The translations under genes and the position numbers were made by a program. This document shows positions 44,733 through 62,000 of a DNA stretch of 64,000 nucleotides, in pieces; the stretch's first letter is position 1, and each line of letters begins with the position of its first letter. The notes below the pieces were generated by a model. The model was not told where the DNA came from, did not search any database, and was given only the letters and a program-made list of their open reading frames with translations. The DNA comes from the human T2T-CHM13v2.0 reference genome, Homo sapiens. Location: the NCBI RefSeq assembly GCF_009914755.1, contig NC_060931.1. The stretch is one strand, 5' to 3'.

Positions 44733-44914
44733 GAAAATATTTTGCTTTCCTATCCTTTAGTTTTACTAAAACCTTGCATGTGGTTACCCTATAGAATCTC
44801 ACGAGTCTTCTTATTTACCCGATCCTGAGTTATACATGCTCTTTCCCTCCTAAACTACTGAATTTCTTGTTTTAAATCTATAATATTCCACGTACTAGAT
44901 ATGAATGTAGTGGC

Positions 44915-45050
44915 TAGTTGTTTAAATTTCTTAAGCTTTGGTTTTCTCATCAATATAATGAGAGTAATTATAGTACCAACCTCATGGGGCTGTTGTGAGG
45001 ATTAAATGAGTGATTATAAGTGAGGTGTTTAGAACTGTGCTAAATGGCTA
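44915..45050 (+). mobile_element. MIR fragment
   Basis: 'ggttttctcatc...atagtaccaacctcatggggctgttgtgaggattaaatgag'. Confidence 0.75.
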
Positions 45051-45654
45051 CTATTATTATTTATTACAACCATCATCACTGACACTACTGCTCCTGCTAC
45101 TATTACTTCTATTACTAGTATAACTACTATTACTACTACCACCATGATCATTATCTTAACATAGATTTGGAAAATGTTCATAGCAGTGTTTGTTGAAGTT
45201 GATGCATATGCTTACTGACGTCTTCACTCTGACACCAATTTGTATTTATGCATTAATTTGCCATAAATTTTTAAAATTCAAATAAAATTACATTTTGAAC
45301 AGAAATTATTATTCAAACTTAATTACTCTAGCAAAGAAAAAATATGTCTCAGCCTTGTCTCATTGGCTGTGGACATAAAATACAAAAAAGTCCCTGTCTA
45401 ATATACAAGCAAGTCATTCTAGACTTTCATACCTCTATTTCCAGCATGGTTTATAACCCAACACTATTTTCAGAAGGACAAACTCTGCACGGTTTAAAAT
45501 GGGAAAAATTGGACCAGAACACTGGACCAATTTGAAGGGATAAAAGAAAAATTTCAATATCATATCCCAAAAAAAGGTTAAGAATGTGTCAAAAACAAAT
45601 GTGGTCTAATTCAAAATAACGTTCTAACATTTTTTCAGAAATAGATAATTTAAA

Positions 45655-48600
45655 ATTTAATTAAAAAATCAAAGGATAGAAAAATATATTCTGTGTAAAC
45701 AGTAACCAAAAGAGAGAGAGAGTTTTTATACTGATATTAGACAATATAGACTTTATTAATAGAACACGAAATGTTACAAAGGACATTATATAATGAAAAA
45801 GGGTCAATTTATCAAGAATATACAAGCATAAATATACATTTCCCAAAAAGCACAGTCTCAATATATATGAAGCCCACAAAGACAAAAGACAGAGTTGAAG
45901 GGAGAAATAGATAGTCAACAATAATATTTGGGGACTTCAATACTCAACTTTCAATAACAGATAGAACAACTAGACAGAATATCAGAAAAGAAACAGATGA
46001 TTCAAACAACACTATAAAGCAACTAAACCCAACAAACATTTATAAAACAGTTTCCATGACAGCAGCAGAATCCACAATCTTCTCAAGTGTACATAAAATC
46101 TTGTCCAAAACAGATCATATATTAGGCCACATATTTCAATAAATTAGAAAAGATTCCTTATTTATTTTATTTTATTTATTATTTATTTACCTGACAGCCA
46201 TGAAATAAAATTAGAAGCCAATACACAATCTAAAGGACATTTGGGAAATTTACAACTATGTGCAAATTAACAACACACTCCTAAACCAGTAAGTTAAAGA
46301 AGACATCACAATGGAAATTAAAACATACTTTGAGAGGAATAAAAGAAAAAATAGAACATAACAAAACTTAAGAGGTGCAGCAAAAGCAGTACCTAGAAAG
46401 AAATTCCTAATAATCAACTATATTAAAAAGGACATTTTAAATTAATAACTTAACTTTACACCTTTAGAAACCAAGCAAAGAAGGGCAGGCATAGCAAGAA
46501 GAAAGATGAAAATAATAAAGACTACAGCAGAGACAAATAGGATGAAGAATAGAAAAACGATACAGAAAATCAACAAAACCAAAAGTTGGTCTTTGAAAAG
46601 ATTTTTAAAAGGCAATCCTTTAGCTAAACCTCTCAAGAGAAAAGAAATGAGTAAAATTACTAGTCAGGAATGAAAGTGGAGACATTACCATCAACTATAA
46701 TGAAATTAAAGAATAGTTAAAGAGTACTATAAATATTAAATGCTGGCAAATTTGATAACTTAGATAAAATAGATGAATATCTGAAACACACAGACTATTG
46801 ACACTGACTCAAACAGAAGTAGAAAACCTGAAAAGACCTATAATAAATAGTCATTGATTTTGTGATCGAAAAGCTTTCCAGAAAGAAACATATAGGTCTA
46901 GATGACTTTGCTGAATAATTTACCAAAAATTTAAAGATGAATTAACACCAATTTTTCTCTTCCAAAAATAGAAGGGTGAGCAAACACTTCTAAGAAAATA
47001 CTGACAAACTGTATTCAGCAGAAAAGTAAAAGCCTTATGCACACTGATCAAGTAGGATTTATCCCAGGAATGCGACAGTGGTTCAACATACAACAATCAA
47101 CCGATGTAATAAACTTTATTAATGATTTACAGGAAAAAACAAACACAATCATCTCAATGGACACCGAAAAAAATAGCAAAATGATAAAAACACTAAACAA
47201 GCTAGGAATACAAAGGAACTTTCTCAAAGTGATGAGGGCATATGTGAAAATTCCACAGCTAACATCAGACTTAATGGTGAAACACTAAGTGTTTCCCCTG
47301 AGATGAGAAATAACAATGATGTCCAGGATCACCACTTCTATTCAATATTGTACTGGAATTCTAGCCAGGATAATTAGATAAAAAATAAATAAAGGTATTC
47401 AGACTGAAAATTGATAGATTACATGATCTTATAGGAAAAAAATTTTATTCACAAAAATAAATTTATAGTTAATGAACAAATTATCAAAATGCAGAATACA
47501 AGGTCAATATAGAAAATCAGTTGTATTTTCATATACAAGGAGTGCACAACCCAAAAGTGAAATTAAGAAAATAATTATTTTCATAATAAAATACCAAATG
47601 ATAAAATATTTAGGAGTAATTTAGTCAAAGAAGTGCAAGACTTATAGACTGAAAACTATATAACATTTTTGGAAAGTAGTGAAAAGCCCAAATAAATGGA
47701 AAGACATTTCATGTTCATGGGTTAGAAAGCTTAATATTAGTAAGATGACAGATTGATCTACAGGTTTAATGCAATTTCTATCAAAATATCATCCTGTCTT
47801 TTTTTGTTTTGAAGAAAGGGACAAAGGACAAACCTCTAAAATTCATACAGAAATACAAAGGATCCAAATTAGCTAAAATGATCTTGAAATAGTGGAGCAA
47901 AATTGAGGGACCCATATTTCTTGATTTCAAAATTAATACAAGGCCACGGTAGTCATAAAGTGAAATATTGACATAAGCACAGATATATAGATCAATGTAA
48001 TTAAATTGAGATATCAGAAATAAACCCATGTATCTGTGTTCAAGTTGATTTAGACAAAGGAACATACCTATTCAATGAGGAAAGAATAATTTCTATAACA
48101 AATAGTACTGGGAAAACTGGATATCCACATACAGAATAATGAATCTGGATCCCTATCTTACACCATACGTAAAAAATAACTCACAATGAATTAAAGACTG
48201 AAACAGAAGAGTTAAATCTATAAAACACTTAGAAAAAAAGTAGATCTTCATGAATTTAGATTAGTCAATCATTTTTTAAATATGGCAGCAGAATGTTAAA
48301 TGGATTAACAATATGTGGGTGGTCTGTACAGCTGGATATTGTTCATCAATAAAAAGAAATAAAGGAAATACTGATACATGCTATATGATATGGATAAACT
48401 TTCAAAAGATTATGTGCAGTAAACAAACTAGACACAAAAGACCACATATTATATGATTCCATTTATGTGAAATATCCAGAATAGACATATCCATGGACAT
48501 GGAAAGTAAATTAGTCATTACCAAGAAATAGGGTGAGGGATTGATTGGGAGGTTTAGGATTTTCTTTGAGCAAAGTTGAAAAGGTTCTGGAATTAGTGGT

Positions 48601-48660
48601 GGTGATTGAACAACATTGTGAATATACTAAAATCCACTGACTTGTACACTTTCAAATTGT
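45655..48660 (+). mobile_element. L1MB-type element (degenerate ORF2 to 3'UTR)
   Basis: DQVGFIPGMRQWFNIQ peptide; 3'UTR 'atatgattccatttatgtgaaatatccagaatag...gtgaatatactaaaatccactgacttgtacacttt'. Confidence 0.82.
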
Positions 48661-50296
48661 TTTTAAAAAGTCCTATTTCCCCTATTAGAATCACAAATCC
48701 CCTGAATTGAAATATTCACGGTCTCTTTAGAAGATATACCTCTCTAGAAGTACACTGTTACAATGAAAGATGCTCCTGTGTATGCTGGTCCATTAAGTCC
48801 CATTATTGCAAACACAATCAACTGCCTGGAGTAAGACAACGCTATGACAGCTGCTGTGAGGATAGAGAAATGAAGATGTGGTTAGCCCCAGACACATAAT
48901 CAGTTAACTTCTGCACAAGGAAAAACTAAAGTAAGTGCAGGAATTAAGACAAAATCAAAGTGCTGCAGAAAGCAGCCTCTATAATGGAAGGAGTATTTTA
49001 AAGGACCTTGAAATTTGAGTGAAATAAGGAGAGAAGGACATTGAACGTGGAGGCAACAACATAAACAAACATGGGCAAATGACACAGACTGAAGGGTAGG
49101 GTACAGAGGATAGATACTGAGATCAAGCAGCGCAGGTGCAACCTCTCAGAATGGACTATGGATTAAATGGGACAAGAATGAGCCAAACAATTAATTTAGA
49201 TTAAGTGTATTATTATTATAACTCTCATTACCTTAATTAAAGAATACAGAATACCTTAACAATAGTTCTATTTCTCTTTTATAACATCAGTCTTATCTCT
49301 GGGGCGTGGTGGGGAATGACACTCAGCTGCTAGTGACTGTTAAAGAAAACTAGGATTTTTTTGGATTAAAGAAGCTTACTTTTATGCTGTATTCAAGTAC
49401 TTTGATAATTAGGATTCTCATCAGTTTTCAGGAGAAATGCATTCAATTATACTTTCAATAGAAAAAATTACAAGCAGCTGGGCTTTCTTACCTCATACTC
49501 ATCTTAATATTGACAAGACCATATTATAATCTAGGGAAAAAAACAAATTCCGTGCCTAGTATCATTTGTTTCCTTTCTCCACTCCCCAGCTGTCCAATGT
49601 TTCAGAAAATTATTTACCTTCAAAATCAGAAGGAAACCAAATGCCTAAACATCTTGAAAGTTACCCTAAGGAGTTATTTTCCTTACATAATGATATTCAA
49701 CAAGATTGAAGAAAGTTAAAAATGATATGATGCTACATGTAGATGACAAGAATAACTTAACAATGTGAAATGCTAAATTATAAGACAATACAGGACAAAG
49801 AAATCCATTGCATGGTCAGTTTGAGCACTGATAATAAATGGAGGGGATGAGTTAAGGCACTGGCAGTATACATGGAAATCAGAAAGTGAAAGTAGGAGAT
49901 GCCACACAGGTAGTTTAGTAAATGATGGATGTGGGAACAGCAAAGTCAATGCAGTCAAGTTTACAAACCACTGTGTTGGGAAAACGGTAAAACTGTTATG
50001 TGAAAGAAGATCACAGGAGCAAAGCAGATTTCAGGAAGACAATTTTGATTCTAAACATGCTCAATTTGAGGTATCAATGGGAAATCCATTTATGGATATG
50101 CAGCAAGCAGTTGTTAACTGAGGTCTATTGTTCAGGAAATGAATTTGAAGTATTGTTTTAAATTTGAGACACATTAGTACACAGCAACATTTCAGTCTAC
50201 GATAGTGGAATTGTAGGAATTTTAGGGAAATAATTCAGTAAAAACAATGTCCTTCCTGATTATTTTAAACCACCTTTATATGTGTATGTATCATAA

Positions 50297-50606
<310 letters not shown>

Positions 50607-50948
50607 ATAAACTTCTTAAACAATAACATCAAGTCCTAGAACTGCTGAAACTATTTCAAGCAAAAATCCTAAACACTATTCTAACTGATCTTTCTTACTT
50701 TCATTCCCATTCTGTTTTCCCATGGATCCAAGCTAGTGGATCCACATGTCATTTACAAAGTTTTAGTGTAGGCTTGCTTTTCTATATTTGCCAGATGGAA
50801 GATATGACATAGAATGCCTCTCTGATTTTCTTCAAAAATTTAACTCTTCCTTCTTCAATGTAATATTTACTACCACATATCTCTCTCTCTCTTTCTCCCT
50901 CCCTCTTTGAAAAAAGCATTTAAAATGTCATTCATTTTATATGACTGA

Positions 50949-51273
<325 letters not shown>

Positions 51274-51299
51274 TGATCATTCTCTCTTAACCCACACCA

Positions 51300-53030
<1,731 letters not shown>

Positions 53031-53907
53031 AAAGGGGAGTTATCAATAGTGTGAACTAATAGAAAAGATGAAATGAGGGTACTCCATTTGACTGACAAGA
53101 GGCCTTTGATGACTTCAGAGAGGGCAGTGGTGAAATAGAGGAAGAAATTAAGAAAGTTTGAAGGTATTCTTGTGAACATGTTCCCAGAGTACTTGGAAGA
53201 GGAGTTTATAATTTTGAACATGCTAACTAGGCTATTTTAGATAAGATAAAATATAACTTGAGAAAAATGAATTCAGTGATTATTTAAATTTATGATTAGT
53301 ATTTTTATTGTCATGATAGAATATTACATCTGTAACAACACATTAAAACTTGAAATAAACTTTATCTTGAGGATTTCACATGCTAGAAAATCCATTTTTA
53401 AAATTATTACAAGCCTCTCTTCAGTGTAAGTTTGGACACTAATCCAAGATATAAAGCTAAAAATGTTAGGTCCTTAGCAACATTTTACATAGGCATCCTT
53501 GTCCTTAGATACTACACAGATATTTAACCTACTGTTTTTCTTTAATGAAAGTTAGAGAGTAGTCACCAGCGAGAATTGAGTGGCTCTATGAAAATATCTG
53601 CCACCTCAGAAGAGCAGAGCCAACAGTAGAAATTAGTAAATTAGTTGCAAAGGAAGTTAAGTATACATAAGAAGGGTACAGATTAGTAGGAACACATAAA
53701 CTGTACTCATGTGGATAAGTAAGTGTATTCTGACTTATACTGAAGCCTTTTGCATTGTTTTCTGGCCAGTGCATTTCGACATTACAATGAGTCATGAACC
53801 TTTCTTTCTATCATGCAAAATGAGCTTTTTCTATAATCTGCAGTTCCATCCACTGTGAATAAATCCCAGGCCCTTGTTGCCGCTACAGGGAGTGGTAATT
53901 GTGTTCA

Positions 53908-54417
<510 letters not shown>

Positions 54418-56079
54418 GGGGAGGCAAAACTGACAGTATGAGGGAAAGAGTATGAGGAAAAGGGATATTTATTTGTTACGACACTGTGACTCCTCATCTA
54501 TTTCATCGATATATTGTTACACACACACACACACAACTACTAATGTTAGCAAGAACAATCCTAAGTGTTATAATTGCATTAAGCTAAACAAATACTGACT
54601 TTTAAAATAAGTGTATTGATGCATGTTTCAAATGAAGTCCAAAGTATGTGACAACTTACCTTTGTTTTGCTCCTTAAAAACAATCATCATGATTTAGTAC
54701 TGTTTCTTTGGGCCTTTGATTCTCACCACCATCAATTGCTTGGATCTGGAACACTTGAAATAGAGGTATATCTCAAGCAACTTGGTCAGATGAAAGGCAT
54801 TTTAAGACTATTTCCAATACAAGAGTATTGCTGCACTATTTTTATATCTGCTCGTCAAATAATATTTTGTTTGATCAGGTACTTCAGATCACATTATAAA
54901 GAGTATAAAAACTTGTCATTTTGGAATAAAGGAGGCAAATAATATTGTAATTCAATGCAGGCTTACAGGTTTTAGATCAAAGACTGGTTCCCAGCAATTT
55001 TTGTAATTAGAAAATATCTGTAAACATGAGGCATGCAATTCTTAATTTGAATTCAGCATGGACCACTTTCTCCTGGTGAGTATAGAAATGTGTCACTTAC
55101 TTGTAAATGAATAAACATGACTTTGGTAATTTAGTTCTTGCATTAAAGAAAACATGCTGATTATTCTCTTAGAAATTGCTTATATTTCAGTAAGTTCATT
55201 TGGTAAGTTCATGGCAATCATGAGAGTCAGGCACCTAGTATGAATTCACTTCTTTTTCCTTTATTGTTACAGACAATGTGCCTAATCCTGGCTTCTTATT
55301 ATGCATAATTACCACTGATCCCAAGAAGGATCAGAAAAAAACTTTACATCCTTTTTGTGAAGTGGCAAACTCACCACTATAAAAGGGAAAAAGAGCGAAG
55401 ATCACTACAAAAAACCAATTCGTGTCCCTAAACCTGATAAAGTTATTCTATTCCCCTGTCATGTTTTACACATTTGGTTTTCCTGTTGTATTAGAATGAG
55501 ACTTTAAGACAACATTGTGAAATGTTTCATTGGGAGAGGATTTTTTTTTCTTCCTTATGTGTTCTTTAATCATAATGCATACTTTAGAATTAGGTTAGAG
55601 AAAGCAATGCCCTACTTTCTATTTTCTCCATCTGGTAAATATAGTGTCAACAATTTCCTGAGATGCTGCTATCCAGACCAAGTTTTATCTCCTTTTGTAA
55701 CATGTATGCAAGGTTGCCAAAAGGACATGAACAGTGACAATAATCATCCAAAGTAACTCTTATTGGACATTTAGTATTTAATGTTTTAGGCTAGTGGGAG
55801 GAAATAATCTGTAATTAATTCACCTGTAAACAATATACTCATCCTTATTTAAAAAAAAAAAACTTAGACAATAGAATATGACCTCAAAAGGATAGTTCGT
55901 GATGCCGGGCTAAAGAATTAACTTTTGAGAAGGAAAATATCAGTTGTAGATGACTTTGAGCTTAGGATAGGGGAGGGAATGAAGAAGTTGGGAAAATCAA
56001 AAGATTAGGAACGTAAGGGTATCTGGAGAGCACGGCAGCCATGCTGCATATTTTATGAATCTCCCCAAAACTCTTTGTA

Positions 56080-57270
56080 AAACAGTCAAGTAATCACATA
56101 GCAAAACCCCAAAACCAATGTACAAAATTTACAATGAACTAAATGACAAGATATATTCCATGAACTCCAAAATACAAGTGGGAAAGGGAAAAATAAAAAA
56201 AAAAAAAGCACTAACAACCACATGTGCGTTGTGTTAGCACCTGTGTGGGACAGAGCAGAAGAAAGCAAAAGTGTGTGAAGAATCTAAGAACCGAAGAATC
56301 TCCTAACAGCCAACAACCTGCATTGGAAAGCACATCAGACCAAAAAGAACAGCAGGTTAAACAAGGAGGGGTTTAGACAAGCCTAATAGCTGGTATGCAA
56401 AGGGCTCCGTATAGAAGATGAAACCTGAACTAGTCCAGATGCTATGAACTCTCAAAACTGACCAGCCTGGGCTCCCTTCCTACTCAGGCCTGCACACTGG
56501 AGTAGGCCTCTGAAAATACTGTTAAAGTGAAGCAAAGTAGGGATAATAGAGACGAAGGAAGAGAAGGCTCAGATAAAAATAGAGAAGATAAAAATCTGAG
56601 AGGCAGGAAATCTTAGAAAGTTATTCTGAACGACATCTTTCTGTAAAAGTTCAGGAAAACTACTTTTTCACAAAACAAATGAGCAACAAAAATGAGCAAC
56701 TTAAAGTCGAATTTATACAAAGTTATTATAAGAACAAAGAAAATAAGGTACATGCAATACAAATGTGAAAAATAATCTAATTTTCAAAATGAGCTAAAAG
56801 ACATTAAAAAGATACAAATATGAAAGCAATATAACTCAAAATTAGAAAACAAAAGTAAAGTAACATAAATTCAAAGAATTACAAATAAAGAAAAAAATAC
56901 AGAAATTAAGAAGAAATTACAAAGAATGTAAGAGCAAATGAGCCCAACAGATCACTCCAGAGAAATAAAACTGTGAAAAGCAACAAAATCTTAAAAATTA
57001 TAATGAAATAAAAATATTAAAATGATTCAAGAAAAAGCAACATGTATTGAAGGTAGACTTAAAAAAAGACTTAACCTATGGATAATACGAGTACCAGAAG
57101 AAATATCAAAACAAGAGAGAAGAAAATACTAAAAATTATAATTCAAGAAAACTTTCATGAAATTTAAAAAAAGATTAAGAGAAGATTTCAAAATACATAT
57201 TCTGTACATACCAGACAATGTTGGCCCAGATACATAATCTAGTAAAATGACTAGATTTTAGGGAAAAGAC
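56080..57270 (+). mobile_element. Ancient L1/HAL1-like 5'/ORF1 remnant
   Basis: A-rich, with 'taacctatggataatacgagtaccagaag...ataattcaagaaaactttcatgaaat'. Confidence 0.5.
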
Positions 57271-57284
57271 AAAAAATGCTTTAG

Positions 57285-57450
57285 ACATGGCAATAATAGA
57301 TATTGTGGACTATTAGATGGGGGAGTAAAGAAGGAGGTTGTGAGTTGAAAAACTATCTATTGGGTACTATGCTTATTACCTGGGTTCAATATACTTCTGA
57401 AACAATCCTACATATGTACCCCCATATCTAAAATAAAAGCTGAAATTTTT
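57285..57450 (+). mobile_element. Short 5'-truncated L1PA15/16- or L1PB-like 3' end
   Basis: 'gttgaaaaactatctattgggtactatgcttattacctggg...tctaaaataaaag'; 14-bp TSD AAAAAATGCTTTAG at 57271-57284 and 57451-57464. Confidence 0.88.
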
Positions 57451-57511
57451 AAAAAATGCTTTAGGAATCTAGGCAAAAAGAGTAAGGTATTAGTGATAGA
57501 AAATTAGATCA

Positions 57512-57825
57512 TATGGTAGATCACAAAAATGGCCCAGTAAGTCTTGTCTCCATATCCCAATGTGAAGTATTTTCTCCCACACTGAGCCTGTGCTTGGCTA
57601 TGCAACTTCCTTTGGCTAACATTGATATAAGCAAATGTGATTCAGGCAGAAACTTAACAAATACCTGCACAATGAGGTTTGCCATTGCTTACTGCTTTTT
57701 GGAACCCTGCAACCACTGTGATGAAGTCTGGATTAGCCTAATGGATGATGAAAGACACATGACTCAGTCACTTTTATCACCCCAGCTGCCAGCTAGCACC
57801 AACAGCTAGACACAGGAGTGAGTCT
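57512..57825 (+). mobile_element. MLT1H/G-like MaLR LTR fragment
   Basis: 'tggtagatcacaaaaatggccc...tagcctaatggatgatgaaagacacatg'. Confidence 0.65.
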
Positions 57826-58875
57826 TCCACTGGCCAAATATGGGACAGTTTTAATTCCAATAAGGATAATAATAGTAATGGATTGAAAAAATGGATTGAA
57901 AAATGAAAAAATGGGTTGAAACTCATCAAACGTGTTTAAATCTATGAGTTCATAATGCTGCAAGAAAGAAAAAAGAACCGATTAGCTACTTTCAGAAGGT
58001 GATGGGTGACAAATTTACTATTGTAAGAAGTAGGAAATACAAGGAAATAATAGAACATTTATCCTCCCTTACCAATATTATTGAATACCAAGTAATAGTT
58101 GGGGAAGGGCCTCTACTTATAGATTTATTTCAATGAATAAATGAAAAATAAGTGACAGTAGAATGTGACCATTTTACAACTCCTATCAAATTAATGGATT
58201 TGGTCAAAGCATCCACAGCTGCTTATATCACACGAAAGACAACCAAACAGCATGTACCTTCTAATAAAAGAACATGACACAGCTTGTAGTGTTGCCAGAG
58301 GGACGAAGCCTGAGTCTAATCAAACCTCTACTCCAGCTGCCAAGTTGTGGGCAATACAGGGGATAGAAGAATATTAAAATACAGGCTAAATGGACCTAAT
58401 TTTTCAATGAATAAATTGCAGTGAAAAGTAAGGGATGGAGGGAGAAACTACAGAGTAATAGTGACTTAAGAGACACACCCAAAATTCATCAAAACATAAA
58501 ACAATTATAAAACTAGACAGGAGCAAGACTAAACAGTGTCTAACAATGCAGACTTGAGAATGCAACATCAATGACTTAACTTGTTAAACTTAGTGTGTGC
58601 TATTTGCAGGGCTCTGTTCTAGTTACTAGAATAGTAAGGTAATAAAACTCTAAGGAAATGCAAAAAAAGCGACTAAAAGGAAAGAAAGTGGTTACTTTTT
58701 TGGTGAGGGATGTTATTCTGATGGTATGAAGCAATAGAGAGCCTTTGAGGGTTCTGGGCATAAATCTATTCCTTTATGCAAATGGTATAATGAGAATTCA
58801 TTAAGTTGTATGTTTGTTTTGTATATTTTTCTGTATCTCTGTTTATTTACATTTTTAAAAAATCTTAAAAAAGAA
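57826..58875 (+). mobile_element. L1MC-type 3'UTR fragment
   Basis: 'ccactggccaaatatgggaca...aaatctatgagttcataatg...gcctgagtctaatcaaacctcta'. Confidence 0.55.
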
Positions 58876-58973
58876 ACCCAATAGATTAGAAAAAGTTACT
58901 CTATGGCCAGATCTAGAAATAAATCTGGGAACTTCCTCTTTTGTTTCCTTGACCTTTCTGTCCTGGGTGACAT

Positions 58974-59063
58974 GCATGGTCTTCATGTAGGAATCCAGAA
59001 CTGAGCTCTCATTTCCATGGCATGGTCTTCATGTAGGAATCTAGAACTGAGCTCTCATTTCCA
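58974..59063. repeat. 46-bp-period tandem duplication
   Basis: gcatggtcttcatgtaggaatc(c/t)agaactgagctctcatttcca twice, 1 mismatch. Confidence 0.97.
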
Positions 59064-62000
59064 GATGTATTCCTGCTTTTGTTTTCTTGCTATATCTCTA
59101 ATGACCAAAACAGAAACTAATCCATAGTAGGTACTCAATAAATATTTGTTGAATGAATTTTAAAAATCCTGGTTCAAAGTTTTTACACCTCTTATAATTT
59201 TAAATCTATAAAGGCATGCTCTTTTAATACCAGTTGAGGAAAAAACTTCTTAGCAAGATTTAAGAAGACCTGGTCCTATACTTTGAAGTCTTCATAAAAT
59301 ACATATTAAGATGCTTTCATGAATGTGTAGTTCTATTTCTCTGAGGTTTCCAGATCATCTGTATTATATTATCTTTTGTTTACTTAGGTTAAAATGACTA
59401 AATCATTGCTTTTGTTAAATTTAGGTACATAAATGGAATTACAGCTTGAAATGTTCCTGATTCAAAGCTAACTAAATTACAGCTGAAATCCTGGTGAATA
59501 GACACAACATAAGGTCACTAAACATCATTAAACCAATGACTGATGTTATGTAATTACCTAATTTTAAAAAGTGAAAATGTCTAATTTATTTTAATTTCTA
59601 TCATGGGAAGATTCAGAGTCAAAGCAATATTTTTGTTATCAGTTTACAGTATCACTTCATATTGAAAACTTATACATGGATATGAGTTTTCTTACCCAGG
59701 TGGCATTAGAATTATAGCCACTATTTCTAGGCTATTAAAAGTTAATTTTAAAAACAGCAAAAATTAAGACCTTGATTAAACATTAACTTTCCTTTATATT
59801 CTCACACTAAAAAATAGACACAAGACAAAATGTAAGAGGTTTCAACTGAAGTGCATACACTCTTTAAAGCCTTGATTATATCCAAAGTTTCCATTTCTCA
59901 TCTCCTACAAATAATGGAACAAGGGCATAAATGAAAATTAAATGAGAAAAATCAAAGCAAATGTCAGAAAGCGTCTCTTCATGAAAGATCAGAAACACTT
60001 AAAAAAAAAAAGAAAAACAAAACTAACAGGCAAGGTTGTTAAAATCACTAGAGCTATTCGAAAAACAATTATAGGAAATGGCATCCTGAGGGGTTAAGGA
60101 GATCTAAACACTAACAGAGGATAAACCCCTACAGGTTGAGCCATCCTCACGTATCAAGCTTTTCCTTATTCTTCCAAAAGTTCATTTGGATTGTGTCAGT
60201 CCACAGATCAGGTAAATAAATTTTGCTCTCTACAGTGAAAAGCACACAGCATAAGAAAATACTTGAAGCATACCTAAAAAACCTTAAAATGGCTTTAATT
60301 ACTTAAAGGTGCTAAAAGGCAAAGACGGGCTAAATATAAGACTCTGACCTCTTTCAGTTGTTGCTAGCTTTTGAATTTTTTTTTGTTTGTTTGTTTTTAG
60401 ATTTTAAGTGAACTTTCTCTTGCAATTGATCTCCACCATAAGTGTCCTAAAAAAGACTAGGATCACAGAATGACAGAACTGGGAAGAATCATTCAAGTCC
60501 CCACTGGGTGACTGATCCCTTTAGTAAGTTTCAGCTGTCTGCACAAGGGTATGCGACTTACGAGGTAGAATTTTGCATTCGATCTAGGCATCTCCCTAGT
60601 GATTTCTTTCTGGGTTATTTGTTTTTGTAGAAAAAAATGTGATCAGAATTCTATTTTGAAAATTATTAATATGCTTTCTTTACCACAGTTTTCTTTAACC
60701 TTCACCTAACGCATCCATCTTTCTGGGGCTTCATTAGGTTTCCCTAAGAATATTTAGTGTTAGAAGTAAAGTAATATTTTGCTGTGGGCATTCAAAATAG
60801 GATTTTGCAGTATGAGACAATGGCCCTTTTTTTCTTAATGGCCTTGTTTTCTTCCTATCCCTTTTATTGTATTAACACAGAATTTTCCAGTAATGAAATG
60901 GTCGGCTGGGACCAAAAGTCACAAGGCCAGTTGATCAAAGAGAAGAGGAAGCTAAGGTGTATGTGAAAGGCAGGGGGAAAATGATAAAACAGCCTATCAT
61001 TTTCCTAGCCCTCAAGCAGAGTACACTGTGATTAAAAGTCAGATATGAGAGTTTAGGTTTATTTATCACACACACTGGGCTTTGGCTTAAACACGGGGAT
61101 GTAACAATTAAATAACTGAGGGAAAAGGAAGACCCTTGATTCTACTCTCCATGTAGAACCTGGAGATGATGCCATCTCCCTCAACCTAGCACCAGAGGTT
61201 TAGGTGTAGGTTTAAGATACAATAAATTATATCTCCCTTTTCTTCATCCTTCTCTAGCTAAGCCTCAGGTCAGGGAAAGACCCTGCAGCTAATAATACTC
61301 TTATCTAACAGCTTGAGGCAAGTATTTTTAAGATCTCTGAGCATCAGTTTCTAGACTGGCCAAATAAAGAGATTGTGCAATATCCTTTTTAATATGTCCT
61401 GCAACTTTAAAATCTGATGATGAGTTTAATTCTGTAGCCTTAGTCTACCATTCAAAAAAATTGTTTCTGCTAAACCTATATATTAATTTTCTTTTGTTTT
61501 CTTCTATTACTTGTACTTTCCTGTTAACAAACAATAGGAGTTAGCTGGATATATTGAACTATAGTTTCATTTTGTCAGAAAGAAAAGATTTATAAAGTAA
61601 TAAAATTACGATTTATAGTAGTAAAGCAAACAACGTTTCTTCAAGGATCTTATAAAGTAGAGATGGGTCAACAAATCATATAGGTTGCAGAGAAAAATAA
61701 AATAGGATCTCAGCAAAAATTATATAGATTAAGAGAAATGTTATAAATGTTGATGTCTGAACATATTTATGCCTTACCATCAGAAATGTTTTTTCCTCTG
61801 TAAGTTACATATTCTTTCCATTTTGGGGAAATATATCTCACAGGAGCTTTTTGGCCATAGTAAAAAAAAAAACAAAAACAAAAAATGCAGATTGGATTTC
61901 TACATTTTCTTAATATTACTTTCCATTCCCATGGAAAAGCAGAGAAATAGGAAAATCAAATACTACTAGATATTGTGTTATTTTTCCCCAGTCTAATACA

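Noticed and set aside
54654-54942. Minus-strand GTAAGT donor and a 91-aa ORF as a coding exon
   Set aside because: There is no recognisable protein, matching acceptor or exon chain.
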